DNA of 64,000 nucleotides from Alphaproteobacteria bacterium (GTDB lineage Bacteria; Pseudomonadota; Alphaproteobacteria; JAUXUR01): NCBI GenBank assembly GCA_030696155.1, contig JAUYSY010000088.1, positions 7,014 to 71,013 of the forward strand, read 5' to 3'. Shown piece by piece: positions 59,404 to 64,000 of this stretch (position 1 is its first letter; each line of letters starts with the position of its first letter). The notes under the pieces were generated by a model. It saw only the letters and a program-made list of their open reading frames with translations, ran no database searches and was not told where the DNA came from. The position numbers and the translations under genes were made by a program.

Positions 59404-60201
59404 CTAAAAATTTATTTGTGCAACACAGCCCTTTATTTTCTCCATAATAAAATCTAATTTTTTATTAATTACATCGATGTTTTCTTGATTATCGTCTGTA
59501 TCTTCATGGTGATTTCTTTGCATAGCATCCACAACAACTGCGATAAAAAGATTAAGCACGCTAAAAGTAGCAATCAGAATGTAGGTCACAAAAAATACCC
59601 AAGCGAATGGTTTTTCTTGCATAACGGTTCGAACGATATCAGGCCATCCTTCTAACGTCATAATTTGAAATAGGCTGAAAACCGATAAATGTAGGTTACC
59701 AAACCATTCTGGGTAAGAAGGCCCATATAGTTTGCTTGCGATTAAACCAAAAACACAGATGATAATAATCATGACACCAGCAATAGCAAATATTCCGGGA
59801 ATAGCCATAACCAATCCTTCAATCACTTTTCTAAGCTTAGGGAATACTGAAATTAAACGAAGCGTGCGGAAAGCCCGCGCAGCTCTCAGTGCGCTGAATG
59901 CATCTTGAGATGGCACGAGGGCTATTCCAACGACACAAAGATCAAAAATAGACCAAGGAGATTTGAAAAAATCAAGACGATATGCAATAAATCGCAAAAT
60001 AAGCTCTATAATGAATATATACAATATTGTTTGGTCAACAGATGTTAGAAGATCACCATAGGCCTTCATAACATTAGGATATGTCTCCATACCAAGGACA
60101 ATAGTATTAATAAGAATCAGTACCGCAATACTATAATTCCATACCTTGCCTGCTATTATGACTCTAAGATGCGCAGAAAATTTATCCATTGATGTGATCA
60201 T
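59404..60201 (-). CDS. Voltage-gated ion channel, single 6-TM domain (BacNaV/NaChBac-like)
   Basis: S4 with Arg every third residue (RAARAFRTLRLISVFPKLRK). Pore or selectivity filter FQIMTLEGW. C-terminal IAVVVDAM very close to NaChBac. Confidence 0.8.
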   Translation of the reverse strand: MITSMDKFSAHLRVIIAGKVWNYSIAVLILINTIVLGMETYPNVMKAYGDLLTSVDQTILYIFIIELILRFIAYRLDFFKSPWSIFDLCVVGIALVPSQDAFSALRAARAFRTLRLISVFPKLRKVIEGLVMAIPGIFAIAGVMIIIICVFGLIASKLYGPSYPEWFGNLHLSVFSLFQIMTLEGWPDIVRTVMQEKPFAWVFFVTYILIATFSVLNLFIAVVVDAMQRNHHEDTDDNQENIDVINKKLDFIMEKIKGCVAQINF

Positions 60202-61162
60202 TATCTTTTCTCATTAGTTTTTCTCTGATAAAAGAGCAAAGTATTCCAGAAGCTAAAATAGTTAACGTAATGGTTAATGATAACATAGGAGGAATTTTTG
60301 CAAGATTGAGTGCATCGGCTATAAAAATTTTCGAGCCTATAAATATGAGAACAGTAGCTAATGCATATTTTAAGTAATAGAATCGATCAATAATGGAGGC
60401 TATTGCAAAATAAAGAGCTCTCAACCCCAATATGGCAAATATATTGCTTGTGTATACGATGTATGGGTCTTGAGTAATAGCAAAAATGGCGGGAATACTG
60501 TCTACTGCAAACACTAAATCAATAAACTCAACCATGACCAGAGATATAAAGAGTGGAGTCACAAACATTTTTTGTGTTTTAGATTGAGCAACATTCTGAT
60601 AAACGAAAAATTTTTGATCATGTAATTTGTCTGTGATATTTAAATGCTTTCTCATCCAAATCAGCAAAAAATTGTCGGATATTTCTACCGGCTTGTGGGA
60701 GATAAAAAACATCTTGATACCAGTAAAAATCATAAAGGCTGCAAAAATATATAAAATCCATTCAAATCGAGTGATGATTTGAACGCCCAGTCCTATCATG
60801 ATTGCCCTTAAGACAATAACTCCTAAAATACCCCAAAAAAGCACGCGATGCTGATATTTCTGGGGTATTGAGAGAGAAGAAAAGACGAGGGAAATAAGAA
60901 AAATATTGTCAAGGGCAAGTGATTTTTCGACAAGAAAGCCCGTAATGTATTCTGCAAAACTATCCAAGCCCTTTATATACCAAACCCATAAACCAAAAAT
61001 GATTGCCATAAGTATATAAAAAGAACTCATCTTCAAGCTCTCTTTAAACCCTATCTCTCGATCTTTTTTATGAAAAACACCAAGATCAAGAACCAGCAAA
61101 GTGAGCACAATAGCTATAAAAACACCCCACATAAATATAGATTTTTCCACAGCATCCTCCAT
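60182..61162 (-). CDS. TerC/Alx-family integral membrane protein
   Basis: Conserved LALDNIFLISLVF motif (twice-repeated TerC signature) in a multi-TM protein. 20-nt overlap with the downstream channel gene. Confidence 0.75.
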   Translation of the reverse strand: MEDAVEKSIFMWGVFIAIVLTLLVLDLGVFHKKDREIGFKESLKMSSFYILMAIIFGLWVWYIKGLDSFAEYITGFLVEKSLALDNIFLISLVFSSLSIPQKYQHRVLFWGILGVIVLRAIMIGLGVQIITRFEWILYIFAAFMIFTGIKMFFISHKPVEISDNFLLIWMRKHLNITDKLHDQKFFVYQNVAQSKTQKMFVTPLFISLVMVEFIDLVFAVDSIPAIFAITQDPYIVYTSNIFAILGLRALYFAIASIIDRFYYLKYALATVLIFIGSKIFIADALNLAKIPPMLSLTITLTILASGILCSFIREKLMRKDNDHING

Positions 61163-61884
61163 TCTAGCATTACTTCTATGCTATGATCACATTCAATGTA
61201 AGACAACAATTATTTGTTCTATCGCATCTGTAGAGATTGAGCCAAATTAAGTAAAGAATCCTCCTTTTTTTGACAGGCTGTGTTGCACAAATAAAAATTT
61301 AGATGAATTTGGGGTGTTTTTGAAAAAAGGTCTATGAAGCTGTCATATATTGGTTCTGTATCTGTTGAATGAGTAATAAAAAAGCAATAAACTGTCTAAA
61401 ACGAAAGGTCAATTTAAATGCTGAATATATCATCAAAGCTGTTGCATTATTTTAAGGGATTTTGCTCCTCGCCTTCTGTGATCATGTTATTTGTATATAT
61501 GAAATGTAGATTTTCCTTAAGCTATAGTGAACTCGAGGAAATGATGTCTATACGAGGCGCTAAGATTGATCATTCAACGTTATAAAGATGGGTTAAGCGG
61601 TTTGTTTCCTTAACACCTCCCTAATAAGGGAATCAAACAAATATTCTCATGTTCAAAGTGGACATAAAATTCCTTAAGTCGGTTCCCTGTTCCATTGCTC
61701 CCCCAGGGCCTACGCATGAAAAAAACAGGCCTTTTGTTTTCCTCGTTTTTTGACGCTTTCTAATTAAAAAAAATTGATGAGGTAGCCACATAAAACAAGA
61801 GGTTTCCTAGTCAATAAAAATCTTCATGCGTAGGCCCTGATTGCTCCCCTACCCCCTATTTAAACACGTATCCTGACTTCCCGC

Positions 61885-63990
61885 CTATATGAGTTTTTTT
61901 ATATAAAAATCTATGGGTGAGTATATGTACTCATTAAGACGAATTGGTAAAACAAGATCATTTTTTACAACATAAAGTAGTTCTATTTTTTTTTTGCCAA
62001 TTTGAGCCCTTAAAAGATATTTTCCAGATTCTGGTACCTTCCAATCAATACAGGCTTTACCAAATCCAGCGCCAGTAAAATGAAACTCATCCTTATTTCT
62101 AATAAGATTTGAGATGTCCCAATTAGACCCAAGAAGAAAAACAGGATCACGTTGTTGTTTCATTTTTTTTTCATCGTAAGGTAAAATGGTAATGATGGGT
62201 TCATTTACTTTTTTATCAAGCGATATGTAAAGTGATCCTTGGTAATGTATTGCACCTAAAACCCCAATAGATTCACTATAATCTACACTTAAATCTGAAG
62301 CATAATCAAAACGCAAAGTGCTAAGCATTCCTTTGTTTTGAACTAAAAATTTACGTTCGTCTAATTTTTGAAATGAAATCTTATAAAAATCATTTGCGAT
62401 AGAAACAAAATGTGGCATTGAAATAGAAATCCAATTTTGATATTTGAAATAGCTTATTATTTTTTGAAGAGCATATAAGGAGGCCGTCTTTTCTGCAGAA
62501 TAAAAATGAAAATAAAGATTTGCAGGTTTCACACGTTTTGGTGATTCTGTATTTTGATAAGTTTCAATTAGTTTCTGAAAGCCTGAAAAATTAGATGTCC
62601 AATCTGATGTATAAGTATTTTCATTACTATTTGAAGCATAAATTTGATACCCTGAGGAATATGACCGTCCAAGAGGGCTAACAAATGCATAAGATGGAAA
62701 TTCATTGTCAAAACGCGTATCTCCACCATTGATGTTGAAAAGGTTATTATCTTTTAATGTTTTTAACGCAGCATCAAAGGGAACACAATTTCCTGTCCAT
62801 TGAACGACATTTACTTTTTTGTCTACAGGAGTAAGAGTTTGAATAAATTGAACTGATCCTTGAAGTTCTCTATGTAAATTAAAATCTCGAAATAAGTAAG
62901 ATCGGGGTGCTGTATAACCATTTTCTGTTTTTTTGTTATACGATTGATTAAGAGAAAAAAAAATTTTTAAATCATTTGTAACATTATAAAGATTTTTTTC
63001 TTTTTCTTCTGGATTGTTGACGTCATAAAATGCCCAATCAAGTATATGTGTATAACCATGAGATGCTGCAGAAACTTGAGGAAAAGAAAAAATTTCTTTT
63101 GCTTGTTGTACGAGTTCATTGGACCCAAACCAATCGGGATCTATATCTGCTGCAACAGGTGCAATCGTTACCGGTAATTCTGGATATTTTAGAAGAATTT
63201 CACGTTTTACAACTTCAGCGCAATTAAAATTTTTTTTAGCATAGTTTTCTGCAATAGATTGACTCTGCCACCCGTCACCATCAATATGCGCATAAAAAAT
63301 TCTTTTTCCAGATAAAGTTGTTGTATCTGGTTTGGGTAGATCACTTGTTGCAAAGGCATTTTCAAAAAATAAAAAGGGGTTCATAAGCCATCGAGCTTGA
63401 TTCTTTCCATTGTCAAAAAGATAACTTCCCGATGCAGCATATCCACCATGCGGGGATAAGCTTACCAATACATCAGGTGGATTGTTTTGAAGAATATGTT
63501 GCATTCCTAAACATATCTTAGTCGTATCGGAAATTGATTTTAGTTTTGGATATGAATCAAAATTGATACTTAATTTTTTTTCAAAATCAAATAAAGAGGG
63601 ATGAGATTTTATGTACTGATGATTTAAAATTGAGATTTCCCATTCTTTGTTCCAATAAAGGCCAATTTTTTTTAGTAATAAATTAATAATGCCGACATTT
63701 ACTGGACGTCTAGATAAATTATATTCAAATCCGACATTTCCCATTAAAACAAATTTTTTACCTTTTTCAATTAGCTCATTAGCCCAAAAAATAAATTCTT
63801 CAGGCATCGGTATAGAATCCGTATTGAAGTAAGCCAAAACACCTCGAATATCATCCAGGTTGAACGAATTCGGTATACCTTTTTCTAAATCCCAATATTC
63901 CAACTTTAAACCCAAATGATTTAAAGGCATTTCAAAATGAACATGAAGGGGATGAAAACGAAAATCTTCACCTTCTTTGCTATGATACAC
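61885..63990 (-). CDS. Large hypothetical protein (more than 700 aa; may extend beyond window end), possible polysaccharide deacetylase/PgaB-like
   Basis: Long intact ORF. YAHIDGDGW and SAASHGYTH blocks are weakly reminiscent of the CE4 Asp and His motifs. Speculative. Confidence 0.3.
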   Translation of the reverse strand: MYHSKEGEDFRFHPLHVHFEMPLNHLGLKLEYWDLEKGIPNSFNLDDIRGVLAYFNTDSIPMPEEFIFWANELIEKGKKFVLMGNVGFEYNLSRRPVNVGIINLLLKKIGLYWNKEWEISILNHQYIKSHPSLFDFEKKLSINFDSYPKLKSISDTTKICLGMQHILQNNPPDVLVSLSPHGGYAASGSYLFDNGKNQARWLMNPFLFFENAFATSDLPKPDTTTLSGKRIFYAHIDGDGWQSQSIAENYAKKNFNCAEVVKREILLKYPELPVTIAPVAADIDPDWFGSNELVQQAKEIFSFPQVSAASHGYTHILDWAFYDVNNPEEKEKNLYNVTNDLKIFFSLNQSYNKKTENGYTAPRSYLFRDFNLHRELQGSVQFIQTLTPVDKKVNVVQWTGNCVPFDAALKTLKDNNLFNINGGDTRFDNEFPSYAFVSPLGRSYSSGYQIYASNSNENTYTSDWTSNFSGFQKLIETYQNTESPKRVKPANLYFHFYSAEKTASLYALQKIISYFKYQNWISISMPHFVSIANDFYKISFQKLDERKFLVQNKGMLSTLRFDYASDLSVDYSESIGVLGAIHYQGSLYISLDKKVNEPIITILPYDEKKMKQQRDPVFLLGSNWDISNLIRNKDEFHFTGAGFGKACIDWKVPESGKYLLRAQIGKKKIELLYVVKNDLVLPIRLNEYIYSPIDFYIKKLI

Positions 63991-64000
63991 ACCTAGAATT

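Noticed and set aside
1-64000. Scan for CRISPR arrays, rRNA and canonical tRNA genes
   Set aside because: I saw no regularly spaced direct repeats with unique spacers, no rRNA-like conserved stretches and no convincing tRNA cloverleaf. The repeats present are dispersed palindromic or IR elements, not CRISPR.

Overview
This is a very AT-rich bacterial window, compositionally like a host-associated or intracellular bacterium; I cannot assign a taxon from sequence alone. It splits into two parts.

(1) Positions 1-34000 hold a densely packed surface-glycan or glycoconjugate modification locus. It sits around a parA/parB partition module and a divergent putative replication-initiator gene, which suggests a plasmid or integrative element. 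The locus contains:
- three paralogous GT-C-type polytopic membrane glycosyltransferase-like genes, each followed by or fused to a conserved single-pass periplasmic partner domain;
- a GtrB/ArnC-like GT2 polyprenyl-phosphate sugar synthase and a GT1 glycosyltransferase;
- one classical AsnB-type amidotransferase;
- two unusual fusions of an Ntn-type glutaminase with a WbuX/PseA-type N-acetyl-sugar amidotransferase (zinc ribbon plus PP-loop);
- a FemAB/CelD-like acyltransferase, a GNAT and a deacetylase-like gene;
- an MBOAT O-acyltransferase with its periplasmic partner, and two Wzx-like flippases.
The locus is flanked and interrupted by three mosaic paralogs of an unknown ~500-aa protein family.

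(2) Positions 34000-64000 are an accessory and mobile-element junkyard:
- a serine recombinase;
- an AbiEi/AbiEii toxin-antitoxin pair with a metallophosphoesterase;
- a GC-richer, N-terminally truncated FhaB/CdiA-like polymorphic toxin whose C-terminal AHH/HNH nuclease domain is interrupted by an in-frame TAG, followed by an intact immunity-like gene;
- an Rpn/YhgA-family gene flanked by cloverleaf-like palindromic repeats;
- a Tn3-family-derived composite bounded by 36-bp perfect inverted repeats, with tnpA and tnpR pseudogene fragments, whose cargo includes a 747-aa secreted protein ending in a complete YoeB/Txe-like RNase domain with no antitoxin nearby;
- a SOUL haem-binding protein, a frameshifted SDR, a BacNaV-type voltage-gated channel, a TerC-family protein and a large C-terminal gene running off the window.

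I found no rRNA, tRNA or CRISPR array.
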